Counted from the first letter of the stretch, positions 1-10,271 are shown. The stretch: DNA of 64,000 nucleotides from Gammaproteobacteria bacterium (GCA_029862165.1 JAOTXU010000004.1:43288-107287); one strand, 5' to 3'. A program made the numbers and translations. The notes: generated by a model from the letters alone, not told the origin.

Positions 1-1418
1 TGCAACTCGATCGCCCGGCACGACGTGTGTCCGTCGGCAGCCCGGACATTGCTGACATACTGATACTTAGATCCAGTCAGTTATATGTTCTTGGCAAACA
101 AATCGGCACGACAAACGTGCTGCTGTGGGACAGAAACGATCAGCTGATACGCGCCATCAATGTGGAGGTCACGCACGATCTTGATGGGCTGAAGGCTTTG
201 CTGCATCAACTGCTGCCAAATGAAGCCATTGAGGTACGTAGCGCACTGCGATCACTGGTTTTGAGCGGATCGGTTTCCAGCCTGGACAAAATGAAATCGG
301 CGTTGAATATCGCCGGCAGTTTCCAGCAACAGATTGCTACCGCAGAGGGCGGCGGCAAGGATCAGGCCGCCGGTGAGATCATCAACATGATGACTGTATC
401 CGGCAATCATCAGGTGATGCTCGAAGTTAAAGTTGCAGAGATCGCGCGGACGGTACTCAAGCGCTTCGAGATGAATTTCAACGCAACCGATGTCGGCAGC
501 TCGCGGTGGACACTGGGTGGTGTCAATGGTGGCGCGACCCTTCCGGATGCCCTGTTCGAACCGGGTGACCAGCGCATCCCGATATTTGGCGACGGCTCTG
601 GTGAGCAGGCCATTATTGGCCCGGTTATCGACGAGTTCCGACCCAATGATGCCACCATCGGCGATGCCGGCTTTTTCGCCAGCTTTCTCACCGATAATTT
701 CCTGCTAAACATGGTGCTGGATGTCGCCAAGGAAAAAGGATTGGCAAAAATCCTGGCTGAACCTACGCTCACAACACAATCGGGCAAACAGGCCGAGTTT
801 CTGTCCGGTGGCGAGTTCCCGATACCGGTTCCCCAGGGTCTCGACACGATAACCATCACGTTTAAGGAATTTGGTGTCGGGCTGCGCTTCCTGCCGGTCG
901 TTTTGGATAAGAACCGAATCAACCTGCAGCTAAGCGTTAGCGTAAGCGATCTGGTGAGCGCCGATGCCGTGACATTTCAGCCCAGTCTCGTATCCCAGGG
1001 CTTTTTTATCCCGGCATTGAGCAAACGCAGCGCGAGCACGACAGTAGAGCTGTCTGATGGTCAGACGATCGGTATTGCCGGTCTGATCAACGAGGATCTG
1101 CGGGAGGTCATCAACAAGATCCCCGGCCTGAGTGATATTCCTATCATTGGGCACATTTTCCGCAGCCAGGAATTTATCAAGGGCGAAACTGAATTGGTCA
1201 TCCTTGTGACACCACACCTGGCAAAACCGCTTCCGCCGGGCCGGATTGAGTTACCGACGGATAATTTTGTGGAGCCCAGCGATGCTGAATTCTACCTGAT
1301 GGGCCGTCTCGAAGGCCGTCAGAAGCCAGAAAAGGATTCCGGCGCGATTGTAGACGAAATCGCTGAAACCGAAGAAAAAACAGGCGCCGAAGGCAGCTTC
1401 GGCCATTCGATTGAGTGA
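1..1418 (+). CDS. cpaC: Tad/Flp-pilus outer-membrane secretin (CpaC/RcpA family); 5' end lies outside the window
   Basis: The reading frame is open from the window edge (no stop upstream of the listed 27..1418 ORF). It has an N-terminal pilus-formation segment 'ILRSSQLYVLGKQIGTTNVLLWD'. The secretin core is present: 'LAEPTLTTQSGKQAEFLSGGEFPIPV', 'GQTIGIAGLI', 'IPGLSDIPIIGHIFRS..ETELVILVTPHL'. It heads a run of tad genes. Confidence 0.9.
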   Translation, partial: QLDRPARRVSVGSPDIADILILRSSQLYVLGKQIGTTNVLLWDRNDQLIRAINVEVTHDLDGLKALLHQLLPNEAIEVRSALRSLVLSGSVSSLDKMKSALNIAGSFQQQIATAEGGGKDQAAGEIINMMTVSGNHQVMLEVKVAEIARTVLKRFEMNFNATDVGSSRWTLGGVNGGATLPDALFEPGDQRIPIFGDGSGEQAIIGPVIDEFRPNDATIGDAGFFASFLTDNFLLNMVLDVAKEKGLAKILAEPTLTTQSGKQAEFLSGGEFPIPVPQGLDTITITFKEFGVGLRFLPVVLDKNRINLQLSVSVSDLVSADAVTFQPSLVSQGFFIPALSKRSASTTVELSDGQTIGIAGLINEDLREVINKIPGLSDIPIIGHIFRSQEFIKGETELVILVTPHLAKPLPPGRIELPTDNFVEPSDAEFYLMGRLEGRQKPEKDSGAIVDEIAETEEKTGAEGSFGHSIE

Positions 1419-1429
1419 GGCAAACGACC

Positions 1430-1705
1430 GTGAAATACAAAACCAGTTTGATTATCGCAGCGACACTGATTCTTGGCGGCTGTGCACCGTCCAGCATGCG
1501 ACTCGACGACACCTATGGTGAGTCGGTTCGCAGCATGATTCACAACCAGATAGCTGACCCTGAAACCGCGGCCAACCCGGACCCCGAAGCGGTGCTCGGT
1601 TATGACGGGTCTAAAGGCGAGAGGGTCTTGCAGACACACACGGACAACGTCGCCAAAGCTGAGCCGACCATCAACAACGAAATCACGTTGAATATCGGGA
1701 AATAG
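1430..1705 (+). CDS. Small lipoprotein in the RcpB/CpaD position of the Tad locus; family not recognised
   Basis: Signal peptide with lipobox 'LILGGC'. GTG at 1430 is preceded by GAGG. The track ORF starts at 1415, overlapping the cpaC stop. Placement directly after the secretin matches the position of RcpB/CpaD. Confidence 0.55.
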   Translation: MKYKTSLIIAATLILGGCAPSSMRLDDTYGESVRSMIHNQIADPETAANPDPEAVLGYDGSKGERVLQTHTDNVAKAEPTINNEITLNIGK

Positions 1706-1719
1706 GGTCAGAAACGGGC

Positions 1720-3009
1720 ATGGATAAGCATAGGCTACGCAAATACAGTTTCACGGCGCCGCCAAAACGACAGGAAGGCGTCATCGTCGTTATCGTCGCG
1801 CTCGGCGCTGTTGCACTGCTCGGTGCCGCGGGCCTCGCCTTCGATGTCGGCCATATAATCCTCAGCAAGACCCGACTGCAAAATTCAGTCGATGCCGCAG
1901 CATTGAGTGGAGCAAAAGAGATTATCGTTAGCTCCGGGGACATCACCCTCGCAACCGCTGCGGCGAGAAATACGTTCTTTCGCAACGCTGAGGCAAGCGG
2001 CAATCACGACATGCTCGAATACTACAACGGTGGCGGGGCGGTCGACGTCGAGTTTTCCGCGACACTGTATCCGTTTGCTCCAGGCACGACGCCACCGGAA
2101 TTTGTGCGCGTGCGGGTCGCTACAATGCCGCTCGACACCTGGATCGTCAGCGCCATAGGTATTACGGAGAAAAGCGTCGCAGCGACAGCAGTCGCCGGCC
2201 CCAGCCCGCCACTGGGACCGGAGAGTGACGCCTGCAATCTGGCGCCAATGATGGTCTGTGGCGATCCAGCCTCTCCCGAGGGAACACATTTTGGCTACGC
2301 GCTGCACGACGTACAGGTCCTGAAGACGTCTTCTACGCATGGTAATTTCGAGGTCGGCCCGGGCAATTTTCAACTCATCCGTCTCGACGACGGACAGGGT
2401 GGCGCCGATGTACGCGACGCGATGGCCGGCACCTACGGCGGTTGTTTGTCCGCATCGGAAGACATCGAAACCGAACCTGGCAATACGATCGGCCCTGTCG
2501 CTCAGGGTTTCAACACCCGTTTTGGACAGTATTCGGGAGCGATGAACAGTTTGCCTGATCCCGAGGGGCTATATCCACCGGATGTGATCACGACCGAGAA
2601 CACAGTGGATATTCAATTCGATGCGGAAGGTCACGTCACAACGCAGGTGGGTGAACTCGATTTCAATCATACAATGTATACCGCTGCCTCAGCAGGCGGA
2701 CCCTATGACTATGCGCCGGCACCCGCTGGACTAGGTCATTTTGAGAGACGGGTACTGGCAGTGCCAGTCGGCGACTGCACTGAGACGACCAGCGGTCACG
2801 GATTCGTGCCGCTGCTGGGTTATGCCTGTTTTTTCATGCTGCAAAAAGTTTCTCAGCAGGGCAACGACGCGCACATCTACGGACAGTTTATCGAGAATTG
2901 CCGGGCCTACGGCACACCGGGACCACAACCGGGTGGTGGCGGTGGCGCCACCGGTGTCGGACCCATTGTCATCCAATTGTATGAAGACCCGGACAGCACC
3001 GATTCATGA
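1720..3009 (+). CDS. tadG: TadG-like Flp pilus assembly protein (TadE/G-like N-terminal domain)
   Basis: N-terminal motif 'RQEGVIVVIVALGAVALLGAAGLAFDVGHIILSKTRLQNSVDAAALSGA' is typical of TadE/G-like pseudopilin-type proteins. The C-terminus is glycine-rich ('GPQPGGGGGATGVGP'). Its stop overlaps the next start (ATGA at 3006-3009). Confidence 0.75.
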   Translation: MDKHRLRKYSFTAPPKRQEGVIVVIVALGAVALLGAAGLAFDVGHIILSKTRLQNSVDAAALSGAKEIIVSSGDITLATAAARNTFFRNAEASGNHDMLEYYNGGGAVDVEFSATLYPFAPGTTPPEFVRVRVATMPLDTWIVSAIGITEKSVAATAVAGPSPPLGPESDACNLAPMMVCGDPASPEGTHFGYALHDVQVLKTSSTHGNFEVGPGNFQLIRLDDGQGGADVRDAMAGTYGGCLSASEDIETEPGNTIGPVAQGFNTRFGQYSGAMNSLPDPEGLYPPDVITTENTVDIQFDAEGHVTTQVGELDFNHTMYTAASAGGPYDYAPAPAGLGHFERRVLAVPVGDCTETTSGHGFVPLLGYACFFMLQKVSQQGNDAHIYGQFIENCRAYGTPGPQPGGGGGATGVGPIVIQLYEDPDSTDS

Positions 3010-3479
3010 ACCGGTTCATCCACAAACACAAGCAAGGTGGCACCGCGGCCGTGGAATTGGCCATAGTGCTGCCATTTCTTCTGCTCATGATGCTGGCCAT
3101 CGGTGAACTGGGCCGGGCGATCCTGCAATACAACGAACTTACAAAATCCACGCGGGACGCGGCACGTTACCTGGCCAATCACGCTATCCACGGAAGTCTT
3201 GATCTTATCGACATAGATGCAAAGCCAACGCTGAAGGCAGAAACTCAGAATCTGGTCGTCTACGGCAGTACCGGGGCCGGAACAACCCCTGTGCTGCCAG
3301 GCCTGTCTACGGCCGATGTAAGCGTGATAGCGCATGTCGATACCCAACATGTGCGGGTCGACGTGGACTATGACTATGTCCCCATGTTGGGAGGCATCAC
3401 GATGCCGATGTTCGGGCTCGGACCAACTTTCAACATAGCAATCCCTCTACGCGCCAGTGTGGCGATGCGAGCATTGTAA
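3006..3479 (+). CDS. tadE: TadE-like pseudopilin
   Basis: 'GGTAAVELAIVLPFLLLMMLAIGELGRAIL' is the TadE-type prepilin-like N-terminus (G/xxxxEF-like processing region plus a hydrophobic helix). ATGA overlap with tadG and TAATG overlap with the next gene. Confidence 0.8.
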   Translation: MNRFIHKHKQGGTAAVELAIVLPFLLLMMLAIGELGRAILQYNELTKSTRDAARYLANHAIHGSLDLIDIDAKPTLKAETQNLVVYGSTGAGTTPVLPGLSTADVSVIAHVDTQHVRVDVDYDYVPMLGGITMPMFGLGPTFNIAIPLRASVAMRAL

Positions 3480-3976
3480 TGCGGCATTATCTGGAAAGAG
3501 GCACGACTACCGTTGAATTCGCCATCGTCGGCTCCCTGTTCTTTATGGTGTTGATGGGTGTGCTCGAATTTGGCCGCGCCTTGTACACCTGGAACACGCT
3601 GAGCGAAGTCGCTCGACGCGGTGCCCGGGTTGCTGCGGTGTGCCCGCTGTACCACTCGGCCATCGAGCGTGTCGCTTTGATCACGTCACCGGGCGATACC
3701 GGTGGCAGCCCGTTTGTCCACGGACTGCTACCCGAGCATATCCAGACACAGTATTTAGACGAGGACAGCAACAATATTGCCGACCCGATCGGCAACTACT
3801 CTGACATTAAGTTTGTCCGGGTTTCCATCAACGGTTTCCAATACACCACACTCATACCGTTTGTTGGGCCCCATCGTATTTTTTCGACACCAGGATTTGA
3901 CGCCACACTGCCTCGGGAAAGCCTCGGCATCTCGGCGGACAGCGCCACTCCGGTGTGTTTTGGCAGTCAAACCTAG
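3479..3976 (+). CDS. Second TadE/TadF-like pseudopilin
   Basis: 'RGTTTVEFAIVGSLFFMVLMGVLEFGRALYTWNTLSEVARRGAR' is the TadE-like N-terminal domain. It sits in the tad operon. Confidence 0.8.
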   Translation: MRHYLERGTTTVEFAIVGSLFFMVLMGVLEFGRALYTWNTLSEVARRGARVAAVCPLYHSAIERVALITSPGDTGGSPFVHGLLPEHIQTQYLDEDSNNIADPIGNYSDIKFVRVSINGFQYTTLIPFVGPHRIFSTPGFDATLPRESLGISADSATPVCFGSQT

Positions 3977-3990
3977 GGAGAGATGACAGG

Positions 3991-5166
3991 ATGGGCAATA
4001 AAATACAAGTTGTCATCGCCGGGCGCGATAAGGACTTCCTCGAACACCTGGCGCCGATCACGCGCGAATATTTTGGTTGCGACCCTGTCCTGCAACACAT
4101 TTCCAATGGCCACGCGGATCCTTTGCATGGTCACACGGACGACATTGATTTGCTGATTGTCGATCTTGCCGCCGACTGGCGCGAGCAGCTCGGTTCGATC
4201 TGCGCCCGGCCCGCGGCCGCCCGGCCCCCGATGCTAGTTGTCGGCCCTGCGACTGAGGTCGAAGCGATGCGTCTGGCGATGCGCGCCGGTGCCCGCGACT
4301 ATCTGTCCACACCGGTCAACACCACTGAGTTTTTGCAGGCATTGTCTCTAATCGAACAGGAAGAACGCCGGCACGATCATGGCCCATCTCAGTGGACGTC
4401 CATAATTGGCGCAAAAGGCGGCATCGGCGCAAGCATGATCGCATGTAACCTGGCGCAGTTGGTGTGCCAGGCGAATAAGCACACAGCTCTGCTGGATATC
4501 AATTTACAAGCGGGCAGTCTGGTCAGTTATCTGGATCTGGAACCACGCAACGATTTCCAGGACGCTATTGAGGGGGCCCCGGATCTCGATAGTGTCGCTT
4601 TGGAGGGTTTCATGACCAAAACAGCGGACGGTCTCCATCTGCTCGCGGCGCCCACGAGTCAGATAATCCTGCCCGATCAGATTCCGTCAGACAATCTGAC
4701 AACACTTTTTGATCTGATCGCGACGAACTACGAGCACGTAATAGTCGACCTCCCGCGTAATCTCGACCACGTGGTCGCTGCTGCGGTGGAACAAAGCGAC
4801 CATGTTTTTTTGGTAATGGAACAATCCGTTGTCGCGATGCGTGAGACGCTGCGCATCCTGGACGTGTTGTGCCGTGAGTTCGGTCTTAGCGAGTCACAGA
4901 TTCGGATCATCATCAATCGATACTCGAAGAGCGCCGATGTCACCGAGGGACAAATACGAAAGAATATCGGCGATCTCGACATTCATACTATCCCGAATGA
5001 CTTTCGGATCGTCAGAGAGAGTCTGGATATAGGCATTCCCGTCGTGCGTCATGCGCGCGGCTCGGCCTCTGCCAAAGCTCTTACAAAACTCAGTCAAGAA
5101 CTCACCGGGCAAAAATCCGGGCGTGGATCACTGGTCAGCTCCCTGACCAGTATATTAAGGAGCTAA
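3991..5166 (+). CDS. cpaE: TadZ/CpaE pilus-assembly ATPase-like protein (receiver-like N-domain + ParA/MinD-type domain)
   Basis: Deviant Walker A '[17 protein letters not shown]' and an N-terminal receiver-like domain ('IQVVIAGRD...DLLIVDL'). ATG at 3991 follows GGGAGAG. The track ORF from 3955 overlaps the previous gene. Confidence 0.85.
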   Translation: MGNKIQVVIAGRDKDFLEHLAPITREYFGCDPVLQHISNGHADPLHGHTDDIDLLIVDLAADWREQLGSICARPAAARPPMLVVGPATEVEAMRLAMRAGARDYLSTPVNTTEFLQALSLIEQEERRHDHGPSQWTSIIGAKGGIGASMIACNLAQLVCQANKHTALLDINLQAGSLVSYLDLEPRNDFQDAIEGAPDLDSVALEGFMTKTADGLHLLAAPTSQIILPDQIPSDNLTTLFDLIATNYEHVIVDLPRNLDHVVAAAVEQSDHVFLVMEQSVVAMRETLRILDVLCREFGLSESQIRIIINRYSKSADVTEGQIRKNIGDLDIHTIPNDFRIVRESLDIGIPVVRHARGSASAKALTKLSQELTGQKSGRGSLVSSLTSILRS

Positions 5167-5170
5167 AACC

Positions 5171-6541
5171 GTGTGGGACCGAAAGCCAACCAAACAATCA
5201 GCTGAGCCAGCCGCGGAATTGACAACCAAGAGTCCCCGATTGAGCGCACGCGACCGCAATGGCAGCGGTCAGGAAGCCAACTGGAAGATGACCGTTTATC
5301 AGCGTCTGTTGAAAGTAATGGACCTGTCACTGATCGGCACGCTGGACGAAGACGATGCACGCACACAGATCCGCCAGATTTGCGATCAAATCATGGTTGA
5401 GGAATCAGTGCCCCTCAGTCGCGGGGCACGCCAACGTGTCATCAAACAAATCGAAGACGAGGTGCTTGGGCTCGGGCCGCTGGAGCCGTTGCTGGCGGAT
5501 TCGACGATCTCCGACATTCTCGTAAACCGTTACGACAGCGTTTACATTGAGCGCGCCGGCAAGCTGGAAAAAACCGATATCAAGTTTAATAACGACCAAC
5601 ATCTGCTGAACATCATCGACCGCATCGTATCGGCAGTAGGCCGGCGAATCGATGAGCTCTCGCCAATGGTGGACGCCCGTCTGAAAGACGGGTCTCGCGT
5701 CAATGCGATAATTTCGCCTCTCGCAATAGATGGCCCATCGATGTCAATTCGTCGTTTTGCAGTCCAGATTCTCGGCATGGAAAACCTGATCGCGTTGAAA
5801 TCGATGACGGAAAGCACTGCAGAACTGCTCAAGGGGATTGTCAAGGCCCGTCTCAATGTTCTGGTTTCCGGGGGAACCGGCACCGGTAAGACCACAATGC
5901 TGAACATACTCTCAGGCTGCATACCAGCAGATGAACGCATTGTGACCATCGAAGATTCAGCCGAGCTGCAATTACAACAGCCACATGTCGTCCGTCTGGA
6001 AACCCGCCCATCCAATATCGAGGGTAAAGGCGAAATAACCCAGCGCGATCTGGTCCGTAACAGTCTGCGCATGCGCCCCGACCGAATCGTGATCGGCGAG
6101 GTACGCGGCGGAGAAGCGCTGGACATGCTACAGGCCATGAATACGGGGCACGATGGCTCGCTGACCACTATCCACGCCAACACACCGCGCGATGCCCTCT
6201 CTCGCATCGAGAATATGGTCTCGATGACTGGCATCAACTTTCCGCCGAAGGCCCTGCGCACACAGATTGCGTCGGCCATTGATGTCGTACTTCAGATCGA
6301 ACGGCAGGAGGACGGTAAACGTCGATTAGTGAGCGTGCAGGAGATTGTTGGCATGGAAGGCGATGTGATCACGATGTCGGAGTTGTTCAGGTTCGAGAGG
6401 ACTAGCGTTGATGACGAAGGAAATGTACACGGCGTATACCGCGCAACCGGCGTGGTGCCGAGTTTCCGCGAGCATCTCGAACGACGCGGCATCGATTGCC
6501 CACTCACACTTTTTGATCCGCAAAGGACAGAAGAATGTTAG
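5171..6541 (+). CDS. cpaF: TadA/CpaF secretion ATPase
   Basis: Walker A '[11 protein letters not shown]', '[13 protein letters not shown]', '[34 protein letters not shown]' (VirB11/CpaF family boxes). Confidence 0.95.
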   Translation: MWDRKPTKQSAEPAAELTTKSPRLSARDRNGSGQEANWKMTVYQRLLKVMDLSLIGTLDEDDARTQIRQICDQIMVEESVPLSRGARQRVIKQIEDEVLGLGPLEPLLADSTISDILVNRYDSVYIERAGKLEKTDIKFNNDQHLLNIIDRIVSAVGRRIDELSPMVDARLKDGSRVNAIISPLAIDGPSMSIRRFAVQILGMENLIALKSMTESTAELLKGIVKARLNVLVSGGTGTGKTTMLNILSGCIPADERIVTIEDSAELQLQQPHVVRLETRPSNIEGKGEITQRDLVRNSLRMRPDRIVIGEVRGGEALDMLQAMNTGHDGSLTTIHANTPRDALSRIENMVSMTGINFPPKALRTQIASAIDVVLQIERQEDGKRRLVSVQEIVGMEGDVITMSELFRFERTSVDDEGNVHGVYRATGVVPSFREHLERRGIDCPLTLFDPQRTEEC

Positions 6542-7524
6542 ATCAGCTGCTAAGTCCAGGTCTGGGTCTATATCTGGTGATGGTTTTTGCGGCGGTTTTC
6601 ATGCTGTCGCAGGGGCTCATCGTCCCGGCATTTGGCGATGCCCGCAAGACAGAGAGACAAATCCGCAAACGGCTGGCGCAGGTCGCCTCGTCGTCTCATC
6701 GGGGGCAATTGCGTTCATTGCTACGCGACAAATACCTGCGGCGTCTCTCGACAACGGAAAGATTTCTTGAATCGCTGCCGGGCATGGAATCGCTGGCACA
6801 CCGAATCGAACAGGCAGGACACCAGACGCTCGCCTACAAGATTGTATTACTGGGTTTCGCCCTGAGTTTGTTGTTGGCCAGTGTGTCGTGGTGGCTGACC
6901 CGGGAACCGGCCGTGGCGGTGGCATTTGCCTTAATGGGTTTCTATGCGCCGTTTCTCAAGATCAAACGTGACCGTGCAAATCGGATTGCATCGATTGAAG
7001 AGCAGCTGCCCGACGCTGTCGACATCATGAAACGTGCGTTGCGCGCAGGACATCCGTTCAGCGATGCGGTCAACATGGTGGGACAGGAGATGGAAGGACC
7101 CGTCGGTCGCGAGTTTGCGCTTACATTTGCCGACATAAACTACGGCAACGACCAGCGTAATGCCCTGTTGGGGCTGATCGAGCGTGTACCCAGCATGACG
7201 GTTACCGCCATGGTCACGGCGGTCCTCATCCAAAAAGAGACCGGTGGTAATTTGGCCGAGATACTGGATCAACTCAGTCGCCTGATTCGGGCGCGATTCC
7301 GTTTTTACCGAAAGGTCAGAACGCTTTCCGCCGAAGGTCGGCTGTCGGCCTGGATACTCGGCATGATTCCTCTGGTGTTGTTTGCCGTGGTTTGGATCAC
7401 CACACCGAGCTATCTGCCAACACTGCTGGAAGAACCCCTGGGTCGGAAACTGGTAATGGGTGCTGCGGTTCTAATGCTGATCGGGACAATGTGGATTCGC
7501 AAAGTTATTCGTATCGAGGCCTAA
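6535..7524 (+). CDS. tadB: TadB inner-membrane platform protein (T2SS F-like)
   Basis: Polytopic membrane protein with '[22 protein letters not shown]', the T2SSF-type cytoplasmic domain. It overlaps the cpaF stop by 7 nt. Confidence 0.9.
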   Translation: MLDQLLSPGLGLYLVMVFAAVFMLSQGLIVPAFGDARKTERQIRKRLAQVASSSHRGQLRSLLRDKYLRRLSTTERFLESLPGMESLAHRIEQAGHQTLAYKIVLLGFALSLLLASVSWWLTREPAVAVAFALMGFYAPFLKIKRDRANRIASIEEQLPDAVDIMKRALRAGHPFSDAVNMVGQEMEGPVGREFALTFADINYGNDQRNALLGLIERVPSMTVTAMVTAVLIQKETGGNLAEILDQLSRLIRARFRFYRKVRTLSAEGRLSAWILGMIPLVLFAVVWITTPSYLPTLLEEPLGRKLVMGAAVLMLIGTMWIRKVIRIEA

Positions 7525-8484
7525 ATGGACTATTTACTCGCAATCATTGAGAAGTTCATAGAAGACCAGTCCCAGGTCCGCATGGTATTCGTTGGCCTGA
7601 TCACCATGGCCTTTGTTGGCTGTGGCCTGGCGTTGAGCTTGCTGGCCGCCAGCGCATCGAGTCCCATACGCCGCCGACTTCATATTGCAGAGGGTCGCAA
7701 GCCCAAACAAGGGGTCGCAGCAAGCCGGCTGGCAAAGTCAGTCGCGCCAGTCTCACATTACATTCTTCCAAGCAAGGAAAAAGAACGCTCCCACGCAAGG
7801 GAGCAACTCGTGCATGCCGGTTATCGTGCCCAGAATGCAATGACAGTGTACTACGCGACCAAATTACTCTTTGCGCTGAGTCTGCCCTTCATCGTACTCA
7901 TGTTCGCGCCGCTGTTCCCGACTATGGAAACCAGCGCCGTTATTTTTGCGATGATGGCTGCAAGTGCTATCGGTGTCATGGGCCCAAATATGTTTCTTCG
8001 GCACAAGGTCAACAAACGGCAGCGCGCCTTGCGGCATGGCTTTCCCGATGCATTGGATTTGCTCGTCGTGTGTGTCGAAGCCGGGCTGGGACTGAGTACC
8101 GCGATACAACGGGTAGCCGAAGAAGTCTGTGTGAGCCACCCCGAACTGGCAGACGACATGCTGCTGGTAACGACAGAGATACGCGCCGGTATTGACAGCG
8201 TCACTGCGCTGAAGAACCTGGCGGCACGCACCGGACTCAATGACATACGCGGCCTCGTAACTTTGCTCGCTCAAAGCATGCGTTTTGGCACGAGTATCGC
8301 CGATACGCTCAGAGTCTATTCCGAGGAATTCCGCGACAAACGCATGCAAGCTGCCGAAGAACAGGCAGCGAAGCTTGGGACAAAACTTATTTTTCCATTG
8401 GTTACCTGTCTTTTCCCCGCGTTTTTTGTGGTCACCATAGGCCCCGCAATTCTCAAAGTGCTGGCCGCAGTAGGACGGATTTGA
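7525..8484 (+). CDS. tadC: TadC inner-membrane platform protein (T2SS F-like)
   Basis: 'FPDALDLLVVCVEAGLGLSTAIQRV' is a T2SSF domain. It begins immediately after the tadB stop. Confidence 0.9.
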   Translation: MDYLLAIIEKFIEDQSQVRMVFVGLITMAFVGCGLALSLLAASASSPIRRRLHIAEGRKPKQGVAASRLAKSVAPVSHYILPSKEKERSHAREQLVHAGYRAQNAMTVYYATKLLFALSLPFIVLMFAPLFPTMETSAVIFAMMAASAIGVMGPNMFLRHKVNKRQRALRHGFPDALDLLVVCVEAGLGLSTAIQRVAEEVCVSHPELADDMLLVTTEIRAGIDSVTALKNLAARTGLNDIRGLVTLLAQSMRFGTSIADTLRVYSEEFRDKRMQAAEEQAAKLGTKLIFPLVTCLFPAFFVVTIGPAILKVLAAVGRI

Positions 8485-9809
8485 TGCGTTTATTGGTATT
8501 GATTTTTTCAGTCGCCATTGCCGGTTGTGCGACGACGGCGCAGCATGCAACGGACAGCGATTATTCCGATTTGTACGCCGGCCGGTCTCCGGTGGTATTC
8601 GCGACAAAGCTGCCGGCTGATTCAGCATCTGCGGCAATCACCCTGGGCGACCAGGCCTATCGCAGCGGCAAACTGGACCAGGCACTTTTTCACTACCTTC
8701 AGTCCATCAAACTCGATGACTCCAAAGCTGTTGGCTTTTATCGTATCGGTCTCGTTCACCGTCAACGTGGGAACCTGCAACTGGCGTTACGCGCATTTGG
8801 TCATGTACTTGAGCGGGATGACCGTCACGTCGGAGCGCTTGAGGAACTGGGTCTGATAAGCCTGAAGGAACACGAGTTGGATTCGGCCAGCCGCTACTTC
8901 GACCGAGTGCTGGCCGTTGATTCGGACCGCGCGCGGGCACACAACGGACTCGGCGTAATTTCTGATCTCAATGGCCACCACAAGCTTGCAGCAGACCGTT
9001 TTCGTCGGGCGCTGGAACTTCAACCCAATGCAATCCACATCGTGAACAATCTCGGGTATTCCCTGTATCTGAGTGGAAACTGGGACGAAGCAGAAGAAAA
9101 ATTTGCTCAAGCCCTGAGACTCGACCCGAAACATGAACTGGCAACGCATAACTTGGCACTGCTTCAAGTGCGGCGTGGACAGCACGAGAAAGCATTACAC
9201 CTGCTCGCACAAGTCACGAGTGAAGCAGTGGCAAACAATGATCTCGGCTATCTTTGCATGCTGGATGGACAGCATAACGCTGCCGAGCGTTTCTTCCGGG
9301 CGGCCATAGAATTGTCGCCGACATACTACGAAATGGCACACCGTAACTTAGACAAGAATCGCACGCTGGCACAAAGCATAAATCCACGGCTGACCCGTGT
9401 TCTCTCGCCCGCCCCCACACCGGTCACGGCAGTGAGCGCGCCACTGAAGCAAGTCATCGAATCGGAGCCGATGCCAACATACAGGCAGAAACCCGCAGCA
9501 GTACGATTGGCAGAGACACGGTCTTCGACGCCCCGGTCGAATCCTATAACTGCCGAGCCGACTGCATCCGACCGCGATAATCTCTATCTGAAACGCTATG
9601 TAACGGCCAACTCCCTCAATGTCCGAGACGACTCCAGCGAGTCCGGTTCGGTAACGGACAAGATTCGTCGTGGCCGCGTCGTACGGGTGCTGCAAGAGTC
9701 GGGCGACTGGGCCTATATACTTTATTGGCGCTACCACAACGATGGCGTTTTACCACGCAGGGGCTGGGTGCATGCATCGTTTCTGACGGAAGTGCTGGTC
9801 AGAGCTTAA
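8484..9809 (+). CDS. tadD: TadD-like TPR lipoprotein with a C-terminal SH3b-like domain
   Basis: Lipobox 'VAIAGC'. Several TPR-like repeats follow ('ALFHYLQSIKLDD', 'ALRAFGHVLERDD', 'RFRRALELQPN', 'KFAQALRLDPK', 'FFRAAIELSPT'). Then comes a Pro/Thr/Ser-rich linker and 'VTANSLNVRDDSSESGSVTDKIRRGRVVRVLQESGDWAYI...GWVHASFL' (SH3_3-like). The TGATG overlap with tadC places the ATG at 8484. Confidence 0.75.
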   Translation: MRLLVLIFSVAIAGCATTAQHATDSDYSDLYAGRSPVVFATKLPADSASAAITLGDQAYRSGKLDQALFHYLQSIKLDDSKAVGFYRIGLVHRQRGNLQLALRAFGHVLERDDRHVGALEELGLISLKEHELDSASRYFDRVLAVDSDRARAHNGLGVISDLNGHHKLAADRFRRALELQPNAIHIVNNLGYSLYLSGNWDEAEEKFAQALRLDPKHELATHNLALLQVRRGQHEKALHLLAQVTSEAVANNDLGYLCMLDGQHNAAERFFRAAIELSPTYYEMAHRNLDKNRTLAQSINPRLTRVLSPAPTPVTAVSAPLKQVIESEPMPTYRQKPAAVRLAETRSSTPRSNPITAEPTASDRDNLYLKRYVTANSLNVRDDSSESGSVTDKIRRGRVVRVLQESGDWAYILYWRYHNDGVLPRRGWVHASFLTEVLVRA

Positions 9810-9810
9810 A

Positions 9811-10260
9811 CTAGTGAAGCGCGGCGATACACTCAATCTCAACGCGCGCGTTGAGCGCCAGACCACTAGCACCCAGAGCACTACGCGCTGGTTTGTTGGT
9901 CGGAAAAAACTCTGTGTATACCGCGTTCATTTTGCCCCATTCAGCCATATCAGCAAGAAATACAGTGCACTTGACCACTTGATCCAAACTGGCATCGTAG
10001 CGTTGTAACGCGGCCCGAATATTTTCCATAGTTTGTCTCGTCTCGCCCTGAATCCCACCTGGCGCCAGAGCCATCGTGCCGGGCACGTTGCCGATCTTGC
10101 CTGACAAAAACAGCAGCTTGCCGGCTCGCACGGCATCCGAGAACGGCAAATTCGCGGCCTTCATTTCCGGTGTACTCAGAAATTCAGTCCGAGGACCTGG
10201 TGCGTTCGTCGTTGTACAACCGACAACCAGGCACAGAACAATCAGCAAATACTTGCGCAT
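9811..10260 (-). CDS. RidA/YjgF/L-PSP family protein with lipoprotein signal peptide
   Basis: 'MRKYLLIVLCLVVGC' contains a lipobox. The RidA-type core is 'GKLLFLSGKIG...ETRQTMENIRAAL...VVKCTVFLADMAEWGKMNAVY..FF....PARSALG...L..ARVEIECIA'. The start at 10260 has a GGGAG RBS. The extra 43 codons in the track ORF are unsupported. Confidence 0.85.
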   Translation of the reverse strand: MRKYLLIVLCLVVGCTTTNAPGPRTEFLSTPEMKAANLPFSDAVRAGKLLFLSGKIGNVPGTMALAPGGIQGETRQTMENIRAALQRYDASLDQVVKCTVFLADMAEWGKMNAVYTEFFPTNKPARSALGASGLALNARVEIECIAALH

Positions 10261-10271
10261 CGTTAACTCCC

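Noticed and set aside
5542-6279. Long antisense ORFs opposite well-supported genes. Examples: 5542..6279 (-) in cpaF, 7864..8637 (-) in tadC, 23504..24247 (-) in the DASS transporter, 35082..35780 (+) in the EEP gene, 40633..41310 (+) in cysK, 45035..45883 (-) in the BNR protein.
   Set aside because: Their products are low-complexity and rich in Arg, Ser and Pro, with no motifs, RBS or sensible boundaries. The opposite-strand genes carry unambiguous family signatures. These are typical shadow ORFs of moderately GC-rich DNA.
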